Position numbers and translations under genes: made by a program
NCBI GenBank assembly: GCA_030425805.1
Contig: JAUHZC010000002.1
Span: forward strand, 159,020-223,019
DNA from: Alphaproteobacteria bacterium
Lineage (GTDB): Bacteria > Pseudomonadota > Alphaproteobacteria > JAUHZC01
Length of the DNA: 64,000 nucleotides
Reading direction: 5' to 3'
In this document: one piece after another, positions 40,908 to 52,578 of the stretch
How the letters are laid out: every line of letters starts with the position of its first letter
Numbering within the stretch: position 1 is the stretch's first letter
Notes under the pieces: model-generated
Told to the model about the DNA's origin: nothing
What the model saw: the letters and a program-made list of their open reading frames with translations, nothing else
Database searches by the model: none

Positions 40908-41749
40908 TCAACCCCCTTCCCAACTTTGGGTTGAGACAGTGATAAAACATCTTCTTTTGTTGTTTTCAATTGGTGTTGTACATCCTGACGCCGCACACCA
41001 GGGCGATGGCGAAGGCACAGAGCAATTGCGGCAACAATCGCCACAACCAGAATAACACCCACTCCTTGGAAAGGAATGACATAGACAGAATAAAGAAGGT
41101 GGCTAAGAGCATCTGTTGTACTCAATGGCGCACCCCCCGCATCGAAAACTTCTTTTTTAATTTCTAGCGAAGGCGCCCCGAAGAGAACGTACGTCATCAC
41201 ACCTGCGAAAATCAGAAATTGCAATGCTCCCTCAACCCAAGCCACTGTTTCTGCAGATTCTGACGGCAAAAGAAAACGCCACTTTGAAAGAGGCCAATAA
41301 AGAGCATAAGCCACAGCAAAACTCATTGCTGCAAGAATGAATGAATGTGTCAAAGGCCCCTCATCAGACAGGAAGACAACCTTATCGCCCCACAACTGTT
41401 TCGCCATGTAAAAAACACCGAGAAAAACGCCAGCCAGCACCCCAGACCGCAAGGCAGCTTTGAAAAAACTTTTCCAGGGATAATGGCGTAATTTCTCTAA
41501 GTGTTTTTGGTCTACATCCAACATCATCACCACAAAGAGAAAGAGAACAGCCACAGCACCAACATAGACAATGACCAAGACCATTGCCAAAAATTCTGCA
41601 TCTAGGAGAAGAAAAATTCCTGCAGAGGTAAAGAAGCTGAGGATCAAAAACAAAACGGCATACACAGGACTTCTGGCGAATACCACCGCCATTGCTGACA
41701 AAAGTGTCAGCCCCGCAAGTCCATAAAATACCAATCCTGCCATCATCAT
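40892..41749 (-). CDS. nuoJ: NADH-quinone oxidoreductase subunit J (unusually long, about 285 aa)
   Basis: N-terminal and C-terminal NuoJ TM helices. About 80 extra residues in the middle relative to typical 200-aa NuoJ. Confidence 0.85.
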   Translation of the reverse strand: MMMAGLVFYGLAGLTLLSAMAVVFARSPVYAVLFLILSFFTSAGIFLLLDAEFLAMVLVIVYVGAVAVLFLFVVMMLDVDQKHLEKLRHYPWKSFFKAALRSGVLAGVFLGVFYMAKQLWGDKVVFLSDEGPLTHSFILAAMSFAVAYALYWPLSKWRFLLPSESAETVAWVEGALQFLIFAGVMTYVLFGAPSLEIKKEVFDAGGAPLSTTDALSHLLYSVYVIPFQGVGVILVVAIVAAIALCLRHRPGVRRQDVQHQLKTTKEDVLSLSQPKVGKGVEWTSR

Positions 41750-41805
41750 TTAAATCAAATTTTACTCAGTATATCAGCCCCCTCTATGGGGAACAATGGA
41801 CAATC

Positions 41806-42294
41806 TCACCGCCGGGGATGACTGAGGCGTGCCTGGAGGGCAGCTTCCCATCGGTCACCATTATCTAGCAGCTTTTCCTTTTCATAAAAAAGCTCTTCCC
41901 GAGTCTCAGTCGCATACTCAAAATTGGGGCCTTCCACGATGGCATCTACGGGACAAGATTCCTCACACAAACCGCAATAAATACACTTGGTCATATCAAT
42001 GTCATAGCGTGTCGTCCGACGGCTACCATCATCCGTGCGGGGAGCCACATCAATCGTAATGGCCTGAGCCGGGCAAACAGCTTCACACAACTTACACCCA
42101 ATGCACCGCTCCTCTCCAGAGGCATAGCGCCGTAACGCATGCTGACCCCGGAAGCGAGGGCTGAGGTGCCCTTTCTCATGGGGATACGCCAAGGTGACCT
42201 TGCGCTTAAACATGTACTTCAAAGTCATCCACATCCCTTGAAGGAGATCTTTCATCAAAAAAGTTTCTGCATAGACCCGAAAGGTTGACTTCAT
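41806..42294 (-). CDS. nuoI: NADH-quinone oxidoreductase subunit I
   Basis: 162 aa. Two 4Fe-4S motifs [12 protein letters not shown] and [12 protein letters not shown]. Confidence 0.93.
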   Translation of the reverse strand: MKSTFRVYAETFLMKDLLQGMWMTLKYMFKRKVTLAYPHEKGHLSPRFRGQHALRRYASGEERCIGCKLCEAVCPAQAITIDVAPRTDDGSRRTTRYDIDMTKCIYCGLCEESCPVDAIVEGPNFEYATETREELFYEKEKLLDNGDRWEAALQARLSHPRR

Positions 42295-43316
42295 TTTATG
42301 ACCCCCAGTGTTTCAGGAAAGACGCCATAGGCAATGCAAAAAGACAGCCCCACAACATAAGCCAAGGTGATCGGCAAAAAGACCTTCCAACCAATCCGCA
42401 TCAACTGATCATAGCGATACCGGGGAAATGTCGCCCGCACCCAAAGGAAGAGGAAAAGCACAAAAGCAATCTTCAGTGCCATCCAGACAAAACCTGGAAT
42501 ATAAGCAAAAGGCCCCCATGATGTGAGGGGCAGCCAGCCGCCGAGGAAAAAGATGCTGGTCATCGCACTCATCAAAATCATATTGGCATATTCTCCAAGA
42601 AAGAACATGCCGAAGCTCATAGAGGAGTATTCCACATTATATCCAGCGACAAGCTCAGCCTCAGCCTCAGGCAAATCAAAAGGTGCCCGATTGGTCTCTG
42701 CCAGAGTCGCAATGAAAAAGATCACAAACATCGGAAAGAGAGGAATCACAAACCAAATTTTCTCCTGAGCCTCCACGATGGCTGACAAATTCAACGATCC
42801 TGCACACAAAATCACGCATATCAGGGCAAATCCAATTGCAAGCTCATAGGAAACCATTTGAGCCGCAGAGCGCAAAGCCCCGAGAAAAGCATACTTGGAG
42901 TTACTCGCCCATCCCGCAATGATGATGCCGTAAACACCAAGAGAGGAAATGGCAAACAGGTAGAGAACACCAACATTGATGTCAGCCATGACTAATCCCT
43001 CTCCCCAGGGAATGACAGCCCAAGCCATCAGGCTGAGGGTAAAGGTCAATACGGGCGCAATAATATAAAGGAGCGGGTTCGCTTTTGTAGGAATGATCGT
43101 TTCCTTATGCACAAGCTTCAGCGCATCTGCAATAGGCTGCAGAAGACCAAAAGGCCCCACAACTGTAGGCCCTTTCCTGAGCTGCATAGCGGCAATGACT
43201 TTCCGCTCTGCATACACGAGATAAGCGACACTTAAAATGAGGGGAATAATAATCAAGAAAGCCTGACCACACAGGATCAAAAATGTCAGGATTTCTTCAG
43301 GAATCCAATCAAGCAT
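42291..43316 (-). CDS. nuoH: NADH-quinone oxidoreductase subunit H
   Basis: Start chosen at MLDWIPEE (Met18 of the ORF) to avoid overlap with nuoG. Confidence 0.92.
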   Translation of the reverse strand: MLDWIPEEILTFLILCGQAFLIIIPLILSVAYLVYAERKVIAAMQLRKGPTVVGPFGLLQPIADALKLVHKETIIPTKANPLLYIIAPVLTFTLSLMAWAVIPWGEGLVMADINVGVLYLFAISSLGVYGIIIAGWASNSKYAFLGALRSAAQMVSYELAIGFALICVILCAGSLNLSAIVEAQEKIWFVIPLFPMFVIFFIATLAETNRAPFDLPEAEAELVAGYNVEYSSMSFGMFFLGEYANMILMSAMTSIFFLGGWLPLTSWGPFAYIPGFVWMALKIAFVLFLFLWVRATFPRYRYDQLMRIGWKVFLPITLAYVVGLSFCIAYGVFPETLGVIK

Positions 43317-45393
43317 GTGTGACCTCCTGTTGTGCATCCTCAGGCTCCCATCCTCCTGCCACGGCACATTGGGCTAAGGTGAGAGAACTGCGGGCAATCA
43401 CGTTTGTCTTATAATAGTCTTCATCAAACCCTAAAATGTGATCTTGGGCAAGGAGTCCTTTCCGGCCAAATTGCCCCCAAGTATTTTGATGCAGAACTTC
43501 GCGATATTGATAATAAGGATTCTCTAAGGCCATGCCTTCCCGAAGCTCGTCTATTGTCTCGAAGGGAAGATCTAGGCTTAGTCTGCCTGCAAGTTCTTTC
43601 ACGATGCGCCAGTCTTCCCGAGCTTCTCCTGGTGGGGCAATTGCTGCTAAGGCCTGCTGAATTCGCCCTTCTGTGTTCACATAAGTCGCATTTTTTTCAC
43701 TAAAGGCAGCACCCGGCAAGATGACATCCGCAGCACTTGCACCTGCCTCACCATGGTGGCCTTGGTAAATCACTTTCACAGAATCAGGTAGATCTTTGAG
43801 GCTAGGATGATCAAAGCCCAGCAAGTAGAGCACGTCTAGTTTACCCTTCTCTGCAGCAGTTAAAATTCCCTGGGTATCGTATCCCTTTCCTTTTGGTACG
43901 AAGGCCATATCCAACCCGCCTACACGGCTTGCTTGGTTATGGAGAACATTGAACCCATTCCATCCCTCTCTCACAAGGTCATAAGTCTCAGCCACCTGTC
44001 GGACCAGAGCAAGAACCTTCATGGCATCCTGACCTTTGAGACTGCTTGCCGATAAAATCAGCATAGGTTTTTTGGCTTTTTTGAGAGTCTTTGCAAAGGT
44101 TCCCTTCTCATTCAACAGGTCTTCGAGAACCTTTGCACGCTCTCCCAGGTGCTGCACCGGATAGGTCAGGTCTCGTCCAGGCGTAAATTCTGGGCCCAAA
44201 TAAGCAATGGGGAAATCCCCTTTGAGGAAACGTTTACGCAAACGTGTATTCACAAGAGGAGCCTCAAACCGAGGGTTTCCTCCAATAATGAGGCAAGCAT
44301 CAGCCTGTTCAATCCCTGCAATAGAAGTATTAAATACATAGCCTGCACGGAAACGATGATCCAGATGCTGGCCTGGATCCCGGCAGTCCCGGTGATTCAC
44401 GCCCATCATATCAAGCATATGGCGGAACGTGTAAAAGGTCTCTGTATCTACCAATTCTCCCGCAAGCACACCAATTTTATCGGGATCTGTTTTTGACAAA
44501 AGCTCCTGGGCTTTCCCGAGAGCTCCCTGCCAATTCGTAGGCTGGAGCTTCCCCTTCACTTTTATATAGGGGCGATCCAAGCGCTGCGTTCGCAAGCCAT
44601 CCATGCAAAATCGTGCTTTGTCAGAGAGCCACTCTTCATTGATGTCATCATTCACCCGAGGCAAAATTCGAAAAACCTCATTTCCTTTTGAGTCCAAACG
44701 AATATGGGATCCTACAGCGTCCATCACATCAATACTCGGTGTTTTCGTGAGCTCCCAAGGCCGCCCCCGGAAAGCATAGGGTCGGGATGTCAAAGCCCCG
44801 ACAGGACACAGATCCAAGACATTTCCAGAGACTTCACTGGTCACCGCCTGATCAAGATAAGTCACTATCTCAGCATTTTCTCCCCGTCCAACAAGCCCCA
44901 TCTCTGGAACGCCTGCCACATCCTCCAAAAAGCGCACACACCGGGTACAGTGAATGCACCGGGTCATGTGTGTCTTGATCAACGGGCCCATATGCTTTTG
45001 TTCCACGGCCCGCTTAGGCTCATCATACCGACTTATGCCACGACCGTAGGACATGGCTATATCTTGAAGATCACACTCCCCCCCTTGATCACAAATGGGG
45101 CAATCCAGCGGATGGTTAATAAGGAGAAACTCCATCACGCCTTCTCGTGCCTTTTTCACCATAGGCGTTTTGGTATGGACAACCATGCCTTCACCAGCAG
45201 CCATGGCACAACTTGCCACAGGCTTACGGCTTCCCTCAACCTCAACAAGGCACATCCGGCAGTTCCCTGCGATCTCCAGCCGATTGTGATAGCAAAAAAC
45301 AGGAACCTCTTGCCCAGCCTGCTCCACAGCCTGAAGCACGGTCATACCTTCTTCAAAGATAACTTCTTTTCCATCTACTGTGAGCTTGGGCAT
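43309..45393 (-). CDS. nuoG: NADH-quinone oxidoreductase subunit G
   Basis: Start chosen at [12 protein letters not shown]-terminal 2Fe-2S and 4Fe-4S Cys motifs CRMC...C and CDQGGEC. Confidence 0.92.
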   Translation of the reverse strand: MPKLTVDGKEVIFEEGMTVLQAVEQAGQEVPVFCYHNRLEIAGNCRMCLVEVEGSRKPVASCAMAAGEGMVVHTKTPMVKKAREGVMEFLLINHPLDCPICDQGGECDLQDIAMSYGRGISRYDEPKRAVEQKHMGPLIKTHMTRCIHCTRCVRFLEDVAGVPEMGLVGRGENAEIVTYLDQAVTSEVSGNVLDLCPVGALTSRPYAFRGRPWELTKTPSIDVMDAVGSHIRLDSKGNEVFRILPRVNDDINEEWLSDKARFCMDGLRTQRLDRPYIKVKGKLQPTNWQGALGKAQELLSKTDPDKIGVLAGELVDTETFYTFRHMLDMMGVNHRDCRDPGQHLDHRFRAGYVFNTSIAGIEQADACLIIGGNPRFEAPLVNTRLRKRFLKGDFPIAYLGPEFTPGRDLTYPVQHLGERAKVLEDLLNEKGTFAKTLKKAKKPMLILSASSLKGQDAMKVLALVRQVAETYDLVREGWNGFNVLHNQASRVGGLDMAFVPKGKGYDTQGILTAAEKGKLDVLYLLGFDHPSLKDLPDSVKVIYQGHHGEAGASAADVILPGAAFSEKNATYVNTEGRIQQALAAIAPPGEAREDWRIVKELAGRLSLDLPFETIDELREGMALENPYYQYREVLHQNTWGQFGRKGLLAQDHILGFDEDYYKTNVIARSSLTLAQCAVAGGWEPEDAQQEVTHA

Positions 45394-45410
45394 CGTGACC
45401 TCATCTCTCC

Positions 45411-46703
45411 TTAAGCTGCTTTTTTCAATCGCTGTTCCAGGAGGGGACGGAAATGGCGGATTAGACCCTGGATGGGCCAAGCCGCTGCATCTCCAAGAGC
45501 ACAGATCGTGTGCCCCTCAACTTGGTTTGCAATGTCTAAAAGCTTATCAATTTCTTCGGCCTCAGCTTCCCCTGCCACCATACGATCCAGGATCCGCATC
45601 ATCCACCCTGTACCTTCCCGACAAGGAGTACACTGACCACAGCTTTCGTGGTGGTAGAAATGTGCCAAGTTTGCAATCATGCCGATAGGATCTGTGCTCT
45701 GGTCCATAACCATGACAGCAGCTGTTCCCAATCCTGACTGCACAGCCGCCAAGCTGTCAAAATCCATCGTGACAGTCTCACAAATCTCTTTGGGCAAAAG
45801 TGACACTGACGACCCGCCAGGAATCACCGCCAAGAGATTGTCCCAACCGCCACGCACACCCCCGGCATAAGTTTCAATCAGTTCCTTCAGGGGAATCCCC
45901 ATCTCAAGTTCAATGTTGCAGGGGTGATTCACATGGCCCGAAATGCAGAAGATTTTTGTCCCTGTGCTGCCCTTCACACCAAGACTCGCAAACCAGTCTG
46001 CCCCACGTCTGAGGATCTCTGGCACAACAGCAATTGTCTCGACATTATTGATTGTTGTCGGGCATCCATACAGGCCTGCATTTGCAGGAAATGGGGGCTT
46101 CAGCCGGGGCATCCCACGACGCCCTTCCAAGCTCTCTAGCAAGGCTGTTTCTTCACCACAGATATATGCCCCTGCCCCACGATGGAGATGAATATCCATC
46201 TGCCACCCAGATCCGGCTGCATCAGGGCCAAGCAAACCATCTTCATAGGCCTCATCAATAGCTTTTTGCACCGCCTCTGCTTCCCGGAAATATTCTCCCC
46301 GAATGTAAATGTAAGCCGTATGGGCCTCCATGGCGAAACCAGCCAGCAAAATGCCCTCCAGCAATTTATGAGGCTCGTGACGAAGAATATCTCGATCTTT
46401 GCAAGTACCTGGCTCACTCTCATCCGCATTCACAACCAAATAGTTTGGGAGTTTGCCTCCCTTAGGCATAAAACTCCACTTCATGCCTGCAGAAAAACCT
46501 GCACCTCCCCGGCCACGCAAGCCTGAGGCTTTCACCTCATTAATAATCCAATCTGTCCCCTTCGCCATCAACGCCTTCGTGCCCTTCCAGTCACCACGCC
46601 GTTTTGAGCCTTTCAAGGAAGGCGTTGACTCACCATAGAGATTTGTGAAGATGCGATTTTTGCTAAGCACGACGCCCTCCCTTCTTCTCTGGTTTGGCTC
46701 CAT
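45411..46703 (-). CDS. nuoF: NADH-quinone oxidoreductase subunit F
   Basis: FMN and NADH-binding motifs GRGGAGF and GEET. 4Fe-4S motif [12 protein letters not shown]. The start is uncertain: the ATG at 46703 or the GTG at about 46670 just before NRIFTNLYG. Confidence 0.9.
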   Translation of the reverse strand: MEPNQRRREGVVLSKNRIFTNLYGESTPSLKGSKRRGDWKGTKALMAKGTDWIINEVKASGLRGRGGAGFSAGMKWSFMPKGGKLPNYLVVNADESEPGTCKDRDILRHEPHKLLEGILLAGFAMEAHTAYIYIRGEYFREAEAVQKAIDEAYEDGLLGPDAAGSGWQMDIHLHRGAGAYICGEETALLESLEGRRGMPRLKPPFPANAGLYGCPTTINNVETIAVVPEILRRGADWFASLGVKGSTGTKIFCISGHVNHPCNIELEMGIPLKELIETYAGGVRGGWDNLLAVIPGGSSVSLLPKEICETVTMDFDSLAAVQSGLGTAAVMVMDQSTDPIGMIANLAHFYHHESCGQCTPCREGTGWMMRILDRMVAGEAEAEEIDKLLDIANQVEGHTICALGDAAAWPIQGLIRHFRPLLEQRLKKAA

Positions 46704-47274
46704 ATCCTGCAGGAGCTGTTGAGAGCTTTTGCCGAGTCTGGGACCCAGGCTTAACGCTCTCATCTGTTTCCAAAGCCTCAAGAACATCCTCTAAAGCTTC
46801 AGGGGAAAGATCCTCGTAATAGTCATCATTGATTTGAACCACGGGAGCATTCACACAAGCCCCCAGGCATTCCACTTCTTCCAGGCTAAACTTCCCATCT
46901 TCCCGAGTTTGGCCACAAGCAATCTTTAGCTTTTTCTCACACACTTTAGTCAGTTTACCCGCTCCCCGAAGGTAGCAGGATGCTGTTCGGCACACTTGAA
47001 CATGGTGTTGCCCCGTAGGGCGAAGATGAAACATTGTGTAAAAGGTTGCTATTTCCCAAACATAAAGAGGTGTCACGCCAAGGAGCTCTGCCACAGCCTC
47101 CATAGCCTCCCGGGGGAGCCATCCTCCGCATTGACGTTGTGCAAGATCAAGCACAGGCAATATGGCACTCACCTTGCGATCTTTTGGATAACGTGCCAAC
47201 AACTTTTCAATTTTCTCCTGATTTTCTTGGGAGAAGACAAAGGGCTCGTTCTGAAAGAGAGGCTTCACACTCAT
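46663..47274 (-). CDS. nuoE: NADH-quinone oxidoreductase subunit E
   Basis: 203 aa. 2Fe-2S thioredoxin-like Cys ligands (C...C...CLGAC). Confidence 0.9.
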   Translation of the reverse strand: MSVKPLFQNEPFVFSQENQEKIEKLLARYPKDRKVSAILPVLDLAQRQCGGWLPREAMEAVAELLGVTPLYVWEIATFYTMFHLRPTGQHHVQVCRTASCYLRGAGKLTKVCEKKLKIACGQTREDGKFSLEEVECLGACVNAPVVQINDDYYEDLSPEALEDVLEALETDESVKPGSQTRQKLSTAPAGYGAKPEKKGGRRA

Positions 47275-48476
47275 CGGTCAATCTCCCCAAACACAACATC
47301 TAAAGACCCCAAAATTGAGGGTACGTCTGCCAATTGATGGCCTTTGGCTAAGTGATCAAAGGCTTGCATATAGGGATAAGATGAGGCACGAATCTTGCAC
47401 CGGTAGGGGCGATTGGATCCATCTGAAATGAGATACACCCCAAATTCTCCTTTCGGCGCTTCTACAGCCGTATAGATCTGCCCTGCAGGGACATGATACC
47501 CCTCTGTGTAGAGCTTGAAGTGATTAATCATCGCTTCCATACTCGTCTTCATCTCAGTCCGCTTGGGGGGAATGATCCGAGGGTCATCAGCAAGATGTGG
47601 TCCCTCGGGCATTTGGGCAATCGCTTGCTCTATAATTTTAAGAGATTCACGCATCTCCGCCATCCGAACTAAATAGCGGGCATAACCGTCCCCGGTTTTG
47701 CCAACAGGGACATCAAAGATCATCTGGTCATAAACGTCATAGGGCTGAGACTTACGCAAATCCCATGGTACGCCTGACGCTCGGAGCATTGGACCAGAAA
47801 AGCCCCAGTCCAAAGCCTCATCCGCCCGCATAACACCGATGTCCACAGTACGCTGTTTAAAAATCCGATTGTCTGTTAAAAGCGTCTCCAGATCATCAAG
47901 CACTGTTGGAAAGTTCTCTGTAAAGATTGAGATATCCTCCAGCAATCCTGGGGGGAGATCCTTCATCACACCACCGGGGCAAAAATAATTTGCATGCATC
48001 CGAGAGCCTGAAACACGCTCATAAAATTCGACTAGTTTCTCCCGCTCTTCAAATCCCCAGAGCAGAGGGGTCATAGCCCCCACATCCAAAGCGTATGTTG
48101 TGATATTCAGGAGATGATTCAGAATCCGGGTAATCTCTGAGAACAGCACCCGGATATACTGAGCCCGGAGTGGCGCTGTGATTCCCAAAAGCTTTTCTGT
48201 CGCCAGAGCAAAGGTATGCTCTTGGCACATAGGAGAAACATAATCCAGCCGATCGAAATACGGCATAGCCTGCATATAGGTCTTGTGCTCGATAAGCTTC
48301 TCAGTCCCGCGATGGAGAAGCCCGATATGAGGGTCTGCCCGGGTTACAACCTCCCCATCCATTTCCAAAACCAAGCGCAACACACCATGAGCCGCAGGAT
48401 GCTGAGGGCCAAAGTTAATGGTTGTTGTGCAACGCTCTTCTGGAGCTTGTGTCTGTGGGGCGGACATGGGCGTCAT
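47271..48476 (-). CDS. nuoD: NADH-quinone oxidoreductase subunit D
   Basis: 401 aa. Conserved 49-kDa subunit. Confidence 0.93.
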   Translation of the reverse strand: MTPMSAPQTQAPEERCTTTINFGPQHPAAHGVLRLVLEMDGEVVTRADPHIGLLHRGTEKLIEHKTYMQAMPYFDRLDYVSPMCQEHTFALATEKLLGITAPLRAQYIRVLFSEITRILNHLLNITTYALDVGAMTPLLWGFEEREKLVEFYERVSGSRMHANYFCPGGVMKDLPPGLLEDISIFTENFPTVLDDLETLLTDNRIFKQRTVDIGVMRADEALDWGFSGPMLRASGVPWDLRKSQPYDVYDQMIFDVPVGKTGDGYARYLVRMAEMRESLKIIEQAIAQMPEGPHLADDPRIIPPKRTEMKTSMEAMINHFKLYTEGYHVPAGQIYTAVEAPKGEFGVYLISDGSNRPYRCKIRASSYPYMQAFDHLAKGHQLADVPSILGSLDVVFGEIDR

Positions 48477-49126
48477 GAGGGTTCCTCCTCCAACTCGACA
48501 GGTGGGGTTGCTTTCTCATCCCCCGGCAACACAATAGGCTCCCTGTTCATTCCTTCCCAGGGACTCAGATTGTCAAAGTGACGATAAGCCTGAGGCAGAT
48601 TCACATCCTCGTACACAACTTGCTTTTGAACCTCATCATAACGAGGTTCAATATACCCACTGAGGGGGAAATCTTTCCGCAAAGGATGGCCTTCAAATTC
48701 GTAATCTGTCAAAAGACGATCCAAGTTGGGGTGCCCCTCAAAAGAAATCCCAAAAAGGTCATGAGTCTCTCGCTCATACCAATTTGCACAGCTGAAAACC
48801 TCAATAACAGAGGGAACAGATACGCCTTCTTCTGTAGAAACGATAATGCGCACCCGCTGATTCAGCCGATGAGAGAGGAGATGATAGACCACATCAAAAC
48901 GAGGAATGCGGCCAAGGTGATCCACGCCACAAAGATCAATGAGCTGTTTGAATTGAAAAGCCGGATGATCCCGCAACATGCGCAGGACCCGCAAAATGTC
49001 TCCTGCCATACAAGATACTGTTACCTCCCCAAAAGGAGAAATTTCTACTTGCTCTTCAGACACTCCTAATTGCTGGAGAAAGTCTTGTTTAAGCTGTTCG
49101 AGAGGAGCGTGTTGATCTGCCATCAT
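48473..49126 (-). CDS. nuoC: NADH-quinone oxidoreductase subunit C
   Basis: 217 aa. 30-kDa subunit. Confidence 0.9.
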   Translation of the reverse strand: MMADQHAPLEQLKQDFLQQLGVSEEQVEISPFGEVTVSCMAGDILRVLRMLRDHPAFQFKQLIDLCGVDHLGRIPRFDVVYHLLSHRLNQRVRIIVSTEEGVSVPSVIEVFSCANWYERETHDLFGISFEGHPNLDRLLTDYEFEGHPLRKDFPLSGYIEPRYDEVQKQVVYEDVNLPQAYRHFDNLSPWEGMNREPIVLPGDEKATPPVELEEEPS

Positions 49127-49692
49127 GCCCTCTCAATCACTGTGTTTGAAGCCTGACGACGGATTTTTTCTTGAAGCTGCAAAATTCCATATAAGAGTGC
49201 TTCTGCTGTTGGGGGGCACCCAGGCACGTAGATATCGACAGGCACAATCTGATCACAGCCCCGGGTGACAGAGTAAGCATAGTGATAATACCCGCCTCCA
49301 TTGGCACAAGATCCCATGGAGATCACCCAGCGGGGCTCAGGCATTTGATCATAAACTTTTCTTAATGCAGGTGCCATTTTGTTGGTTAGTGTTCCTGCCA
49401 CAATCATCACATCTGATTGACGGGGACTGGCCCGATAAATCGCCCCATAGCGATCAAGATCATACCGACTTGCAGCTGTTTGCATCATCTCCACAGCACA
49501 ACAAGCCAGACCAAAAGTCATAGGCCAAAGAGAGTTCGACTGTGCCCATCCCACAAGCTTGTCAGCTTGGGTCACAATGAACCCCTTTTCAGAAACTTGC
49601 TGGGCCAAGTGCTGCAGCTCCTGGGTTTCTGTCTTTTCCATAGATCCTGCCTTTAGATGAGGTTCCTCTGATGAAGCGCCTTTTACTCCCAT
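49123..49692 (-). CDS. nuoB: NADH-quinone oxidoreductase subunit B
   Basis: CCAVEM and GSCANGGG Fe-S motifs. Start chosen at the MGVKG Met. The longer ORF to 49713 is possible. Confidence 0.92.
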   Translation of the reverse strand: MGVKGASSEEPHLKAGSMEKTETQELQHLAQQVSEKGFIVTQADKLVGWAQSNSLWPMTFGLACCAVEMMQTAASRYDLDRYGAIYRASPRQSDVMIVAGTLTNKMAPALRKVYDQMPEPRWVISMGSCANGGGYYHYAYSVTRGCDQIVPVDIYVPGCPPTAEALLYGILQLQEKIRRQASNTVIERA

Positions 49693-50060
49693 TCCAAGGC
49701 TCCTTTCATCCATTCATACACAAAAGCAACTGTTAAAACTCCAAGAAAAACGATCATGGACCAAAAGCTATAGATCCCAATTTCCTTTAAATTTTTGGCC
49801 CATGGAAACAGAAAAGCAACTTCAATATCAAAAATAATAAAGAGGATTGCGACAAGGTAAAAGCGCACATCAAACTTTACCCGGGTATCACTAAACTCCT
49901 TAAAGCCACATTCGTAAGGTGCATTTTTCTCTGGATCAGGCCGGCTTTTCCCCCGCAAAAGAGACAAAACCAAGAGCACAAGAGACATAGTTAACCCCAT
50001 AGCCAAAAAGGCAACAATGGGTAAATAGCTTTGGAGATCGAGATGATTCACAATTGCCAC
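49683..50060 (-). CDS. nuoA: NADH-quinone oxidoreductase subunit A
   Basis: 125 aa. 3 TM helices. First gene of the nuo operon. Confidence 0.88.
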   Translation of the reverse strand: MAIVNHLDLQSYLPIVAFLAMGLTMSLVLLVLSLLRGKSRPDPEKNAPYECGFKEFSDTRVKFDVRFYLVAILFIIFDIEVAFLFPWAKNLKEIGIYSFWSMIVFLGVLTVAFVYEWMKGALEWE

Positions 50061-50184
50061 AAATTTTATAATTTATCTTAAGGGGAAAACGCCCTTCTTT
50101 CAAGGGGGAGTTTGACGTCCCTACAGATAGAGATCCAGGGGAAGAGTCATCACAAAAGTTGGAGACTTTAGCCCTCTATGTGCG

Positions 50185-50245
50185 GACTGCCGCGTCGCTT
50201 CGTTCCTCGCAGTGACTTCATACTGTCATCGCGAAAGTCTGTGAC
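50185..50245. repeat. dispersed intergenic repeat (same family as 20914-20990)
   Basis: Reverse complement: TTCGCGATGACAGTATGAAGTCACTGCGAGGAACGAAGCGACGCGGCAGTCC. The other copy is CTCGCGATGACTGTAAGGAGGTCATTGCGAGGAGCGGAGCATTGCTGCAATCC at 20930-20985. Confidence 0.5.
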
Positions 50246-50278
50246 GTAACTTTATTTTTAAGTAATGATAGAATGAAA

Positions 50279-50355
50279 TGGCGGGAGTGACGGGACTTGA
50301 ACCCGCGACCTCTGGCGTGACAGGCCAGCGCTCTAACCAACTGAGCTACACCCCC
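50279..50355 (-). tRNA. tRNA-Asp (anticodon GTC)
   Basis: Reverse complement is GGGGGTGTAGCTCAGTTGGTTAGAGCGCTGGCCTGTCACGCCAGAGGTCGCGGGTTCAAGTCCCGTCACTCCCGCCA. Cloverleaf folds with anticodon loop CUGUCAC. Encoded CCA. Close to E. coli tRNA-Asp. Confidence 0.9.
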
Positions 50356-50549
50356 TGGATGAAGTGATAATTATCCGTTTCCAGGGCTGCTGTCAATGGA
50401 AAAACGACTCTACATCGGTTCAAATACTTGCTTCAACATGATTTTTGAAAAAATTTACCAAAATTTTAGATTAATGGTTCAGAATAAATATATCTGGAGA
50501 TCTATTACTCGAATATTTGGTCTCAATTATTATTTTTGACGAGGAGTCT

Positions 50550-52493
50550 ATGAACGCAACTGCAAGACAACTCAAGACAATTTTTTTGATTGCCCTAGCA
50601 TATGTTATGTTAGGCGCTTCCCCTGCCCTTGCACAGAAAAGTGATGGCGGTGCACAGCTTGGACAAATCCTTGGTTCTGTTGCTGGAAAGCTCTTTGCTG
50701 GAGGCCAAAAGAAAACGCAGCAGCCTGCACAAGTGCAGCAGCAAACACAACCAGCTCAAGCACAAATGCCGCAAAGCCAAAGCTATGCTCAGCAAGCCCC
50801 TGTTATCCAGCCGCAAGCAACCGGAGGATACCAGCAACAAGATATGGGCCAATATCAACAACAGGGGTATCAACAGGGCTATCAGCAAAATTACCAACAA
50901 GGTTATCAATCAAGCTACCCTCAACAATACGCTCAACAAGGTGCTGCTTCATATCAACAGCAATATGATACCACAGCACAGCAACCCCAGGCTGCCTCCG
51001 TTGTACGGTTTGATCCGACAACAGGAAAGCCTCTCACAGGGCTGCCTAAATTTGATCCTGTAACTGGAAAGCCTATGATGCCTAAGTTTGATCCCTTCAC
51101 AGGGCTTCCCATTTCGGAAGAGCAAGCCGGCACTCTTTTTCCTGACTTTGCCAAGCGTCCTGAGATGACATCCTCTTCTGACGAAGATGAAGAAAAGGGC
51201 AAGGATGAAGACACTAAAGAAGAAAAAGATGAAAAAAAATCCGATGAAAAAACTTCAGAGGAAACTGAAGACAAGGCTAAGCCAGACGATGCCGACAAAA
51301 AGGGTGACGCCAATAAAAAAGACAACACTGATAAAGCAGAAACCCAAGATGAAGAGCAAAGCAAAAAAGATGATAACGGTGATGTAAAAGATGCTAAAAA
51401 GAAAGAAGAGCCTGCAAAAGAAGAAACGGCAAAAGAGGAAGCTGTAAAAGCAGAACCTGCTGAAAAAACCGAGAAGGATGAAGCTGCCCCCCAAGAGAAG
51501 CGGGAAGATAGAAAACGCCGTGATGCTCGGGAACGTCCACCCCTTGACCGTGACTATGGATATGATGATCGTCGTCCTGCCCCACGAGACCGATACTATG
51601 ATGACCGCCGTGATCCACTCCCTCCAAGAGACGATCGATACTACGATGATCGTCGCGATTCATACCCTCCTCGAGATGATCGATACTACGATGACCGTCG
51701 TGAGCCCCTTCCTCCAAGAGACGACCAATACTATGATGATCCACGAGGATCCTTCCCACCACAAGATGACCGCTACTATGATGAGGGAAGGTATCCTGAA
51801 GATGATCCCTACTACCGTGATGCTCCGGAGCGCCAACGGCCAGGGGATGATCGGAATTGGTCAGCCTCGGACAGGCCAGACTATGAAGCCGCTCTAAAAT
51901 CTCAACGTGCACAAACTCTACAAGCTGCGACATTGCCCTCTGTGCAGGATCTTGGAAAAGTCCACAAAGGCAAGGTCCAGCTCATCGGAAATCAGATTCA
52001 GCTTCTCCAACATGATGTAAAAAGCTTTCATAAACAAAATCGAGCCCTGGCTCGCCAAAAGGCATTTGAGAGAAAAAAATGGAACCAGCTCCTTATCCGC
52101 ATTGAAAATGAGCTCACGGCTTTGCAGAATGACTCCCGTGAGTTTCTCTCTCGCCTTCCTTATGAATCGTCTAACTCCCTCTCCCAAAATCAAATCCGCA
52201 TCCCAAGAACTTTCCTCAGTGCCCCTGCACTTGAAATTCAAGATGGTACTTCTGAAATTGCACGCATTGAATTACGCAAAGAGTTAATTGATCACGAGCT
52301 TGATAAAATCATGACAATGAACGTGATCTTCGAAGATCAGCTCCAGAATAGTAATCTTGAAGCTGAACACCTGATTCAAATTAAGAATGAACTGAATGCC
52401 TTAAAAGCAAGAGAAGGTAAAATCAAAAAACTCCTCAATCAGATTCCTGATAAGGCGAAGCAAATATTGCTTCAAACCGCCAACCAAACTTAA
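50550..52493 (+). CDS. hypothetical secreted low-complexity protein: Gln/Tyr-rich prion-like region, FDPxTGxP repeats, acidic K/E/D block, five RDDRYYDDRR tandem repeats, C-terminal coiled coil
   Basis: Start at ATG 50550, preceded by GAGGAG. Signal peptide MNATARQLKTIFLIALAYVMLGASPALA. Repeats read directly from the translation. Confidence 0.6.
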   Translation: MNATARQLKTIFLIALAYVMLGASPALAQKSDGGAQLGQILGSVAGKLFAGGQKKTQQPAQVQQQTQPAQAQMPQSQSYAQQAPVIQPQATGGYQQQDMGQYQQQGYQQGYQQNYQQGYQSSYPQQYAQQGAASYQQQYDTTAQQPQAASVVRFDPTTGKPLTGLPKFDPVTGKPMMPKFDPFTGLPISEEQAGTLFPDFAKRPEMTSSSDEDEEKGKDEDTKEEKDEKKSDEKTSEETEDKAKPDDADKKGDANKKDNTDKAETQDEEQSKKDDNGDVKDAKKKEEPAKEETAKEEAVKAEPAEKTEKDEAAPQEKREDRKRRDARERPPLDRDYGYDDRRPAPRDRYYDDRRDPLPPRDDRYYDDRRDSYPPRDDRYYDDRREPLPPRDDQYYDDPRGSFPPQDDRYYDEGRYPEDDPYYRDAPERQRPGDDRNWSASDRPDYEAALKSQRAQTLQAATLPSVQDLGKVHKGKVQLIGNQIQLLQHDVKSFHKQNRALARQKAFERKKWNQLLIRIENELTALQNDSREFLSRLPYESSNSLSQNQIRIPRTFLSAPALEIQDGTSEIARIELRKELIDHELDKIMTMNVIFEDQLQNSNLEAEHLIQIKNELNALKAREGKIKKLLNQIPDKAKQILLQTANQT

Positions 52494-52578
52494 TTTCTCC
52501 CTTTAACTCCTTTTTAACCAAAACATATCTTTTTGTTAAAAAATTCCTCGTACATTATTTTCAGGAAGGATCACAACT

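Noticed and set aside
50610-51933. Several minus-strand and alternative-frame ORFs (99-179 aa) inside the 50550-52493 gene
   Set aside because: They are artefacts of the codon-repeat structure. Their translations are Leu/Ser/His homopolymer-like.
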